Below are positions 43,701-55,700 of a DNA stretch of 64,000 nt, one piece after another. A program made the translations under genes and the position numbers. The stretch spans positions 1,604,200-1,668,199 of the forward strand of contig NMRA01000029.1 in assembly GCA_002633005.1 (NCBI GenBank). Direction: 5' to 3'. Origin of the DNA: Phoronis australis (lineage: Eukaryota > Animalia > Phoronida). The notes under the pieces are model-generated. The model was not told the origin of the DNA, did no database searches, and saw nothing but the letters and a program-made list of their open reading frames with translations. Position 1 is the first letter of the stretch. Every line of letters starts with the position of its first letter.

Positions 43701-46700
43701 TTTACCCTTTCTTCACTCTGTCAAAAACTGCATGCGAATAAAGAAAAATTTTGAGTCATTTCACATCACAAGCCCTACAGATGAGCATAGAAATTTTGTC
43801 CTCTCTTGTATTTTTGACCCTTTCACTCCCAGTGGAAACCAAGCTAGACTAAGAAAAATAATGACAAAAAATGCAAAATCGGCACTTTTCACCCTAAAAC
43901 CACCATTTCCCTGCCGATGCTCAACTAAAGCCAACATTAGATTTCGAAAGCAAATTTCCTACCAATTCCAAAAATGTGGTCCAAAATTACTGTCCACCAA
44001 CTAGTTTTTTTGCAAATCTGGCTTGTTTGAGGGCTACCTGAAATCGCTGCCAATTTCTCAGTTGCTACACAGCAATGCACAACTGCAACAGGGGGCCACC
44101 ATCTTGAAGAAGAGTGCAACTACAGCCAAGAAAGTGGCCTTTTTTAATTCTCAGCATGTTCACAAATACAAACAAACCAAATTCACTTGGCCTACATACA
44201 ATACCTAACTGAAAAATGCCCCCAAGCCTGGCCTACCCATAGATTTTAATAAATTGGCCGCGGCCGCAGTCTGTTCAGTGCCACCTTAATACGAACAGGA
44301 AGTTAACTAAGAGCTTGTTACTTGCATCGTAGGTAGTAAGATACTACCTGCCCTCCGTTCAGTAACGCTAGGACCTCGCTAAAAATTAAGACTTCGCGAG
44401 ATTACGTGAGATATGGCCGTGTATTTTAAATAAGAACACGTGACTGTGACTAGATTTTAGCTAGGTCCTAGCGTAGGTCCTAGCGTAGGCCCTAGCGTAG
44501 GTCCTAGCGTCTACTCAACGCACGCCTGAAGTGTTGCGTCACCGGCCAGAGACTGTGACCAGCAAGAAGAATCGGGGGTAGAAGAAATTGCCTGCGAGTG
44601 TTGCATCACCAGAGACGGTGACCAGCAAGTACACTGTCGCTATACAGTGTGTGTAGTTCGATTATTCACCAACAGGTCAGACATCCAACAAGTAGAGAGT
44701 CCTAGCTTGGATAGCAGATAAGACATTTGATTATTTTGGTTGATTGATTAAAGTAATCTTTAAAGAGGGCGCTAGCGTATTTACTCTTCTTTGTAGTCGA
44801 TTACTTAATTAACAACAGGTTTCACTTGTCTAATTAGGGGTTATCATATATAATAAATTAATTACTGGATTTAATTATTCACTCTCCTTCTACGCATTAT
44901 CTCAAAGCATAGCTACCTTTTAAACAAACCCACCGTCAATCGTCTGACCAATACATACATTCAAAATCACTCTATGACTCAAAAATATCGATAAGAAGTA
45001 ATTCAGTTCTTACTTTCTGAGCGCTCTGCTTGAAGGAATGCAATAAGTCATAGACGTTTTAAAAATGAAAATTATACCAAAAACATCCACATTGTGGTAC
45101 CTGCAGTGTTCAAAGATAGAAAGTCAAATCGATTCCTATAATTTTCAAAAGATACAATAATGTGGAAAACGTTATTTATTTGATACGTCAAAAGGAAGCG
45201 GACGATGGGTTTTACTCTCAAAGAGCTACTCGAACTTCCCTGATACAATGCTCACTCCGTTTTCTGGGATGCATTTTAATATATTATATTTTGTGTATGT
45301 CTGACTGAAAAATACCCTTTCTGTCCTAAATCAGGTGAGCTTCAGATAACGTCACGCACGATCACTCAATATCAAGTTAGCGAAGAACTATTGTTTCAGG
45401 TGTGAGCCCGCGAATTGGCCAACGTTCATTAGCAGCATGGCAGCCATTGGAGAGAGTGCACACAGCCAAGCCGTAATGTTGAACAAATTAATGGGTGTGA
45501 AATTCTTTTTTTCAGTTCTGAAAGCCAAGATATCTAAATGAAACTGTCTCTGTCAGAAATACTTAACGCTGTGTACTCGCCCTAGCACGAAGAGTATGTA
45601 TCCGGATAGTCAAGTTCATCTTTTAATCCAAATTAGGAAAGCCCCATGCTGTCGAGCTGGTTGTGTAGCTCAAGTTTCTTGCGACTTTGGCGAGACCACA
45701 TTGTCATTTCACTCAAAACAATTAAGGATCTAGTTCTTAAATTAGGAGCAAATTAGGGGTGTTGCATGAAAAGATACCTCCATATTTTCAGCAATATTGA
45801 GATTTCTACGTGGACTTCACTCTCAATTTGTATCAAAGCCAAAACTGACTAAGTAAAGGTACTCAAACAGTATAGAAAGGGGCAATCTATTTTTACAAGC
45901 CAACAATGACGCAATAGATTTAGGGAACTTAACTGAGTTCCTATATATTTGGGACTGTTACATGCAACCGGGCACTGGTGACCTCGTGCGCGTAGACGAG
46001 CAAAATTGCTGCCATGGAAGTGACTGCCTTAACGACGACGCTGGAATGTTGGATGATATGGAAAAACCGTAAATAAACACGGCAATTCCGTTCAATAACT
46101 CTATATTTCTCGTCGCAACATATTCAGATGTCATAAATGGGTCTTTCATTCATTTGAGCACCTACTTTAATGTTGAGTTCCCCACTCCGCTGCCTTACCA
46201 AACGTATTGGTAAATTCTTGGTCATCAAATTAAACTTCTTTTTATGTCCACTCGGTAGAAATATGGTTGGGGTCAAAGGATCGATGCGAGGGCATTTGGT
46301 TTTTGTGGTGACATTTCCTGGATTACAGATGGGGTTGTCGGACGGGTGCACGCACTTGTGGTCATACAGGCACCATTGGCATCCCCATTCTCTCGCTGTA
46401 CAAGTTGTGCACCTAAACAGAATAAAAATCTCGATTTTCACGTGATGTCCCAAAAACGTCAGCTTTATTAGCTGAGAAGGCATCGATAACGAAAATTTTC
46501 GTAAATTTGTGTACAAGGACAGTACATGTAATAATATTGTAATCTTGAATGTACACCAATTATCTCAAAACGTGTCTGTGATTTCAGTTACAGTGGTGTA
46601 TTTAGACTTGTTGGCGTCCACGGTAGAAGTAACAGGGACAATCCCGTCATGTTGATTGGCCTCGGTTATGCCCAAAGCCTACCACCGCTACGCGTGATAT

Positions 46701-49700
46701 GAATGACGCTTGTAAAACACGAAGAACTAAAACTTGCAAAACGTCGGAGATTATACGTTCCAGTCACAACACTTACGTCGTTAAAGCTTGACAAGAGAAA
46801 AATGTGAAGTTCTTCGATATGAACAGAATTCCAGTTTCCGAGGAATTAAGCGACAATTGCACTACAGTGCGATCTGAAAAGATAAACCCACTTGGTAAGG
46901 TAAAGTTTGATTAGAAACTGCAATTCTGCGGAGTACATTTTGTAGCACGAGGTAACACCCATATCGGCGTGTGGCATTAACTTTGGTTACATCGATTCCG
47001 AGACAGTGGAAAATTATCACCTCAGGTGCATGATGTGGTTTATTAGTAACCTCACTAGAACATTACCAAGAAAGTGACGGTGATACATATTGAAGACATT
47101 GACTGGAGGATGAGTTGGTGGAAAATCCTTCGACAAGATACAGGTATCCATGTCGGGAATTCAATCAACTATTTCTGCTGAGATTTTTACCTTTAACTCT
47201 CGTGAGATATTTTGTAAGAAAAAATCTGCTGACGGAGCGATGGCTTAGTGTTACACGAATGACGTGCTTGTTGAAAGACCGTCCTGCATCGCCCTTACAA
47301 CAGTTTTCCTGGTCCGAACATTTATTTTCTGAGCTTGTAGTAGCGTTCATTACTAAAAATTGAAGACAGAAGATACACAGGGAATATACCCAAATTTATC
47401 AGAATGGTCAGTATTTTTGGCACCGTTTGCACAAGAAAGTAGTGTCAGACTCACCACTGCCGTGATCAAACAGCTTCGGATGAGGAGTTTCACATCGAAC
47501 ACCAGATGCCGTCTTGGTCGCCGGAGAGGAGATGTAACCGAACACACATGTGAACGTGTTGTCTTGAGGCAGGTGAGGTATGGTCAAAGATAACTGTACA
47601 CAGATAGACAAGCTGAGAAGGTGAGATTAATGATATCTTAATGTAAAATGTATTTAAAAGGTAGAATATCCTGTGCTCTGAAAATGGTAAACAAGGAAAG
47701 TGTGAAGTAAGCAGGTTATGACATTGTTGTTGAATGACGCATTCGTCAGCGGCTCTTGTCAAGCAAACAATTATTCAAATCGATTTACTCTAAGTTGTAC
47801 TTACACAATGCATTTTATATTTTGTTGTTGTGTTTGCACGATGCATTTTATATTTTGATGTAGTCTGGTAAGGTCCTTCATCAATCTTCAATGAAGCCAA
47901 AACCAAAAGCGACAAGACGTTAGGAAAGTGAACAGGCCTAACATCTGATTCACCAACATACAAATAAAAATACAGATAGCTTCTTTACATTTTTGCTTCA
48001 TTTAACAGGCCATGTGAACTTGATAGAACTCTGTATTCCAGACAATGTATTAGTACAGAGAAAACCGAACTATAGATACTAGACCTGCCCTTCATTCACT
48101 ACGGATCCACAGCCCTAGCCCTCACATGGAAGGCTGGAGCAATGGATGGACATCTGCTTGTAAAAACCAATACTCCAAGGGCACCAAAGACTGACAAGAC
48201 AACATTTACGTTATTTTATATTACTTTACATCACAGGAAAGCTTACGTTTACTGCTTCAGCATCCATGGAAAGATGGTCAGAAGGTTCTATTTTCGAAAA
48301 AACAATACACTTCCTGGGATCCGCATCATATCTGTACCATTTCTTGGGTACACCAGCCGTTTCACACTCAGAAGATAGGGAGCATCTGGAAATATAAACA
48401 TTCAAGCTATCAACCCACGTATCACAATTCTTCTCTTGGAAAGCCGCAATCTTTTCCATTTTTCGGACTTTTAATAAAATGTGTGTATATCCACGCGTTC
48501 AAATTTTGCAATCTGGATTTGCTGCGATTCCCCAAGGTAACGTCAATCTATACCAAACACTTGCTGCAAAGTTATGAATTTTGTTCGCTCCACAACAAGA
48601 AATAACAAATCGCTAAAATCGCAGAATAAAAAGCATATGACTGAGGCATTCTTTAGGTTCCCATTGCTTTATTTCTACCAATATTCATTCAATGTGACCA
48701 AAAATTCAGCGCCATTCAACGGTTTTCGCATTTTGTTGGTGCCCCACCACTAACTAAACATCAAAATAGAGATAGCATGTACTAGGCCATAATTTTTACT
48801 ATTTACATGTAAAATCCGTCGGATTTTGATTAAAGATTCTGCTACAAACTGTATACCAGGTTAGCTTTCCATAGACCAAGTATGTTGCGTGAAAAGCAAG
48901 GTCACACAAGACCACGACACTTCACACTAGTGAAAGGTCAATATTTAGCGAGAACGGAGTATATGCTGGAGATCTTATTATAGTATTTTGCTTACAATTT
49001 TTATGTACATGTCGCAAAATGTCGGCTACCGAAATGATTATCAATTAAGCTGTAAGAATATTTGCCGTAAGAGCATGCACTAAATGCTTCGGGACTACTG
49101 AATGCACTCCGTGTGCACGTTCCATATATGTTGTTAAACTTTCATAAATTGACACTTTTATGTATTCCATTGATCAATTAAAAATAAATCAGTTGAATAT
49201 CTCCACTGCATTGTCACCGCTAGCCCACAGCATCCATAAGCGATATGTTGCCTTCATTTTGCACCATTCAGCTAACGTAAATCCAAATGTAAAGCCCTTT
49301 ACTCCCATCAAACCGGTCTCTTAATCATAATTTTATGATGGACACATGTACCAATGATAAAGATACGTGCATCACAAGTTCGTTACTCATTAGAGATAAA
49401 ACCAAAACCGAGGTTGGCGAAATACGGCCATTTATTATGACAAAACGCATTATGAAGAATAAGAAATTATAGGTAAAAAAAAAACATTTATTGTAAAAAG
49501 ATTTCATTTCAATTACGAACTCAAGCCACAAACAATGCGTAGCCATTGACTTTTCGATAAGAAGGTTGGCCAACCTTAATAAACTGTGAAGCATTTTCTT
49601 GAGTCGCTGATGGTTTCCATTTTCTCTTGTTGGTAACGGGAAGAGTGATGTGAGACCAATGTTATTAGAGTAAAAGGCCCGATTCGATGCTCGATTTTTA

Positions 49701-52700
49701 CTCTGTCAGCTAATCACGGCGAAATGCATGAATTTAAACTTGCTTTTTGGAGCGGACAATTTTAACATGAACCCCAATTGACTTGCAGTGTATGTTGCAA
49801 GGCCGGATTGCTGAAGAGAGTTGAAAGTTAGAAAATTATTTCTTTTTTATAAGCCAATTAAAACTGACAAGGCCTGTCCTAGTAAAAGTTTCGCTAGTGC
49901 CTTGCTATACACTGGGGAAACAGATTGCACGCACTTACTTGTTATGCAGGGTGCACCACCCGCAGTGAGGGTCACTTGCCGCCACGCACTCGGCACATGA
50001 TGTGAACCTCTTACAGTCGTACGTAGGAATTTTGTGGAGCTGCAATGAATAACCGTTAGATGAATAAACAAGCAATAGAGTGTGAGAGGTAGACTGACAC
50101 TGCTCTTAGTTTAATATGTTTAATCTTATTGTTCTGTTTGTGTACTAGCAGATAACACTTGATTGATATGACCCATGAGATCAAGACAGTGATGCTGTAA
50201 ATTGTTTGCAAAGAAGGGAACATTAGAGAAGATTCTAGTATGTTAGTAATTAATGTAATCTGGGACATTCTAGAGTCTAATATATGTTTGTAGAATGAGT
50301 TCCAAAATGTGTTTGAATTAGGGGAAAGTTCAACAACATTGTAAGATACTATGAATATTCGGGCACATTCTGAAATTGGAAAAATATTATGATGATGGAG
50401 AAAGTGGCGTCGGAATTTTTCGAAATAAAGTCCACAAAACTGAAATGCCGACTCGTTGCTTAGGCTTTTTACAGGCCCACTGCAACAGACACAGTAATTT
50501 AATAACACTACTCATACTCAGCAAGCTTACAAGCCTGAAGAATTTCGCAAGTTTTTTTAATGATTCTCTTAGTTACGACCGATTTCACTGAAGCTGCCTT
50601 AATTCCAAAACATTCTTTTCTAATGTTTTGGTAAGTGAAACACGGACCGATATGGTTTTTGACGTTTCATCTTCCATCCAGCATTTCCGGCAGCAGGATT
50701 CTGTTCCTCGACCTGTTTATGCAGGTTGCAGTAACCTGTTATCATCTGCACTGCCAAGTGCAGATGATGCCTGTTAAGACTCAAAAGCGTGGTAGTAAGA
50801 CTGAAAGTTACCCAGCTCACCACCTCTTTTGTTCTTATGCAATCAATTATGTAGTCCAAGATGTTTTTCATCGCTTAAATGACCAACAATGTGTGTCACT
50901 TCACAACATTGGTTTAGGGCTATCAGACAAGATAGCTACAGATACATTTTGGATTCCCTTTTCAAACAATTCTGCCACTTTAGAAATTGCAGAAGCCTCT
51001 GCTTGGAAAACAAAATGTTTACCGAGATAAAGAGATTTTTCAGCTGGTGATCTATCAGCCGGATATTCAATACGAAAACCCGCACCAACCAGTTTATTTA
51101 TTTTGAACCATCACTGTAAGCTGTCATAGAGCTTACATCAATGTTTCTTTGATATTCCACGGCATAATTTCTATTTCGAATAAGACATTCAAAGTTTCTT
51201 TCAAATGTCTTAGTTTTCATCGACTGATCAGTTGGCATGTACAACAGTGGAAGCTCATTCCTAGTATTGTTACACATGTCAACACGACTCTTTGTTTTCC
51301 CTGATGTACCCACTAGGTTAGAAGTCCAGAGTCCTGCCTGGTCGATACAAGAGCCCTCGGACTGCCTCGGCCATTATGAACTCATCAGTCGGTTCTAGGT
51401 CAATCGACAACTCCGTTGCAACAAGTGAGGTGCTAGGACGATCCAATGTTATCATAAGACAAGCTAAACGGTGTACCTTTTGAAGAAAATTCCTACAGTT
51501 CTTAATTCGACTGACCCAAGACCCACATGCATAAGGTGCGATCGGTGCTATCATAGCAGTGTATATCTATTTCATGGTTTTGGGTTCACCCCCTGTTTTG
51601 AGCATGAACTGCTTACATTGCAACAATTGTGGCCTTCTTAGCTATATGGATTAAATGATATGTTTTCAATTGAGATTGCTGACAAGAACAACTCCTAACA
51701 GTTAGGCTTCCTGAAAACAGCTAGCTTCTTCCCATTCAATCATAGAAGAGGGTTCACGATACAGTTGCAAAAAGGGGGATAAGATAGCTCCTTGTGGGCA
51801 TCCCCTCATCAATTTCATCGAGCGCTAATTCTCCAAAATCCACTCGGGCTCTAGATAACGGGGGTAACGACTTCGCCATGTAGTAATCTATATTTATCTT
51901 AGGAACTAGTGCCCTATATCTCTGATCAATGTCACACATAAGTTAGCTTCAGTAGCAGTTGCTGATCGTATTAAAACGTTTTAGGTAAATTGACCCATGA
52001 CGATCAAACGGGAATATGAGCAAAAATATTCGTGTACTTTACGACCTATTTTATTGCACTGGGATAAATGACAAACACGGGTTACCCTTATTAATTGATT
52101 GTGAGAAAACGTTTGATTGTTTAGCATGGGGTTTTATAGTCGAAACTCTTTCCATTTTTATAATTTTGTTATTTTACTAAACAAAACCGTGTGTTTTAGT
52201 TAATGGGCAAGTGTCACGCTAGTTTCATATCCGACGTGAACTTAGACAAGTTGGTCCGTTATCCCGCTATCTATTTATCATTTGTGTGGAGAGAACGGCT
52301 GTCAGGATCAGACATGATAAGAAGCAATGAATTCATTATTTCTCAGTATGCGGATTATACGTCTATTACATTAGATTGATCGGAAGTTTCGTTGCGGTCT
52401 GCTTTGAATGTTTTGAAAACATTTGCCGATTTCTCTGGCCTCCAGAACAATATTGAAAAAGCAAAAGCTGTTTGGTTTGGTAGTAATGATAACAGTCAAG
52501 TAAAATTACTTCAAAAGAAAGCCTCTCATGGACAAAAAAATAATTTTACTTTTCTTAGAGTTGATTTGCAAGTCGACCTAAAGGACAAGGCTGGTCAAAA
52601 TTATTTGCCAAAATTAAAAAAGACGCAGCTCCTTTTGAGACATTGGTCAAGACGAAACCTGGCGCTTTTGGAAGAGTTACTGTGATACATGTCTAGGTGT

Positions 52701-55700
52701 GACAAAAATTATCCTTTTGATATCCCCTGCCAATTCCGCGTCAATATATTTTGACTGAAGTGAAATGCATATTTTTCAAATTTATTTGGCAAGGACGTTA
52801 CAATAAAATTAAACCCACCGTGCCGTTCTTGGCTACTAGAAAGGAGGTCAATACCTTTAGTTTTGTAAGGCACGGACGTTGGACTTTAAACACCAATAAA
52901 GTTTCAATAACTCGAAAACTTTATGTTGGAAAGAGAAATTTTGTAAACATATTGTAGCGCTAAACAAGGTCTAGCAAATTTACAAAAAGAACGTTAGAGC
53001 TACGATTTACGAAATCACTTACTAAAAGAACAACCATCGGAAAACCTCTGTAACTGGGGAACAATAAAGCGCAAAGTTTAGAAAGCAGCTGACGAGTCTA
53101 CATACAAATCAAATTTTAGAAAACTCCCACAAAGGATGTGGAGTTTAAGTTTCTCAAAACGAAACTTTAAGAAGTGGCCATCACAACGGCAACTTTCTGT
53201 TAATTTTGCTGCGAAATATCGGGCTTCGAGCTCTTCACGAGATACATGTCGCACGCAAATTATACGCCAATCGGAGGAAAAATGCGCACTGTAGGTTGAG
53301 TAAAAAGACACGAAAACCCAACCTTGGCGCAAAGCTGTACACTATATATACACACAGTTGTACTTAGTTGTATTTTGACGATAGTCTTCCTACAGCTACC
53401 TGGCTGGATAACGAAAGAACAACAGATTTACAGATAATTGATTTCGTCAATTCATGAAAGCCTTCAGACGGAATGATAGATGGTGAAGTTAACAGAAAAG
53501 GGCGAATATGACGACGGAGGCCACGACACCATGCTTTGCATTGCACTTACGATTTATAAGACGGCATCGTTACCACCACTGTCAACAAGATCGATAGTAA
53601 CGCCAGCAACACGGACTAAGACGACGACTTCCTAAATGGTTGACACGACGATGCACACACTAACACAAGGCTTTAATGATGGACGTCGCTGACGTGAAAC
53701 CAACGCCAAAACAGGCAATACCGACAACGACAACTCTGCAGACGATAACCATTAGAATAAGACACCGATGAAGACATTGAAAACGACCATATCATTATCA
53801 CCACCACCATCACCATCATCATCATCATCATCATTGTCATCACCGTCGTCGTCATCATCATCTGTAGCCTTGTTACAAAGCTGTATACTAAATATACAGC
53901 TTTCTGTATTTTGACGATAGTCTCCATAGAGCTAGCTGGCTGGCTACATCATCTGCACCCGCCATCATCATCGACCACGACACTGTTACAACACCGATAA
54001 TGTCGCCAGAAACGCTGACAATAACATCAACGTTGGTGACAACGCTGATGTGCCAACAAGGATCGCAAAACCTCAAATGTTGACAATAGCTCTGGGATGA
54101 CTAGATCACAAACAATACCGGATATGCCAACAACGGTGAAGTCTTTGTCGTCGATCATCCCATAAGCCGCACAATGCAGCAATGGGGCACACGACTACAA
54201 CGCCGCAGACACCAATACTGATCACCATGGGGGTCAACATCGTCAAAGAAACAAAAGCTTACGCGACAAAAAGGCGGGACTTTTCATTTAGTGAGAGCGG
54301 TTTTGAGAAAATCTCAAACTATTCGAGAACGGCAAGTCGTCGCAAAAAACCTGAGAACACATGGCGGTTGAACATGTCTATCCATACACAAAGTTTTAGA
54401 ACGATCCGTCAAAGGAAGTCCAAGCCATGGTTGTGTAAACAAAAATGTGAAAAAATAGATTATTATGGCATAACTTTGCGTCACATTTCAAAAATGCAAC
54501 TATTTTCAATATTATATAGTCACCTATGGTGTAAGTCAATTTTACGTGTCATGTTCCTTTTGAAGTCTCGCTGAAGTGTTTACTGCAACCTCGGCACGAA
54601 CCAGCCTCAGACCTTAGTCAATAGAAAATTTCGAATGATTCCAGGATGATAGCGAGAAACAATTGACAGACGTCTTATATTTCTTTGCCAAATTTTTTCG
54701 TATTACAAGATCCCTCAAAAGACCCCTGAGAGTATTCATCTGAAATTCCCGAATAACGCATCCACAGTAAGTCGTGGGGAGACATAGTTAACACTCGTTG
54801 GATAGCAACATGAGATATTTTTAGAGATTAAGAATATCTTAATGGACGGCGAAGATAGTGCTGTGCATGACGCAAATTAAACAGAAAATAGTTGTTATAT
54901 GGTGTCCGGTTTCGATCAATAGCAAAAGACCTTGAGCTCCTGATGAATTATGTGTAAATTTACAAAAAAGACAAATAGGAATGCCATCAGCATGCGAGGG
55001 CCTATGAGAACATTTTTGTATGTAAATATTATGATTGCACCTCATTAAGACTTCTTAGATTCAGCAGTGGTACGTGTTCTGCGTACCTAAATTTTGCAAA
55101 TGAACATAGATATTCCAACTGTTTGCTTATGGCACTGCTACATCAATCGTACAGGAAATCACCTGAAAATTCAATAATCCCTTAATATCTACTGATATAT
55201 ACTTGTGAGCCCAAGTGTACTACCTTAGTTCCTGACATAACATAAAGGTTCTTCTTTTCATTGTCAAATATCATGTCTTCCATAACACGGCCATCGCCCA
55301 GAGTTAGGTTCTCGAACGTATACTTTTCAATGGCATTCTTAAGATGAATCTGAAACCGGAAAGACTTACTACTAATCATGACTTTGCTTTTAGGTACTGA
55401 ATACTTAAATACTATATTCATTGTCTGTTAGACATATTTTGCTGCGAATGAGTGATGACATCAATGCATTTAATTTATTAGACTGGACCTGGAAAACTGG
55501 TGTAAAACAACCCGAAATAATTTGCTTAATATGAAACTGTGTTTAAAATATCCAACCAAACGTTATTTAACCAAAAAGGAAAGGAACAGTTTCAACGTTG
55601 TGTTTTAGAGCACACTTCGTGTATTTTTATCTGGAATCCCAAGGTGAGCAGGTAACAGTCTGCCGTGCCATTTCCACTTTGAATATACAGAACGTCAGTC

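Noticed and set aside
44455-44512. Short repeated CCTAGCGTAGG units as a CRISPR-like array
   Set aside because: No spacers, eukaryotic context; this is slippage within a MITE end
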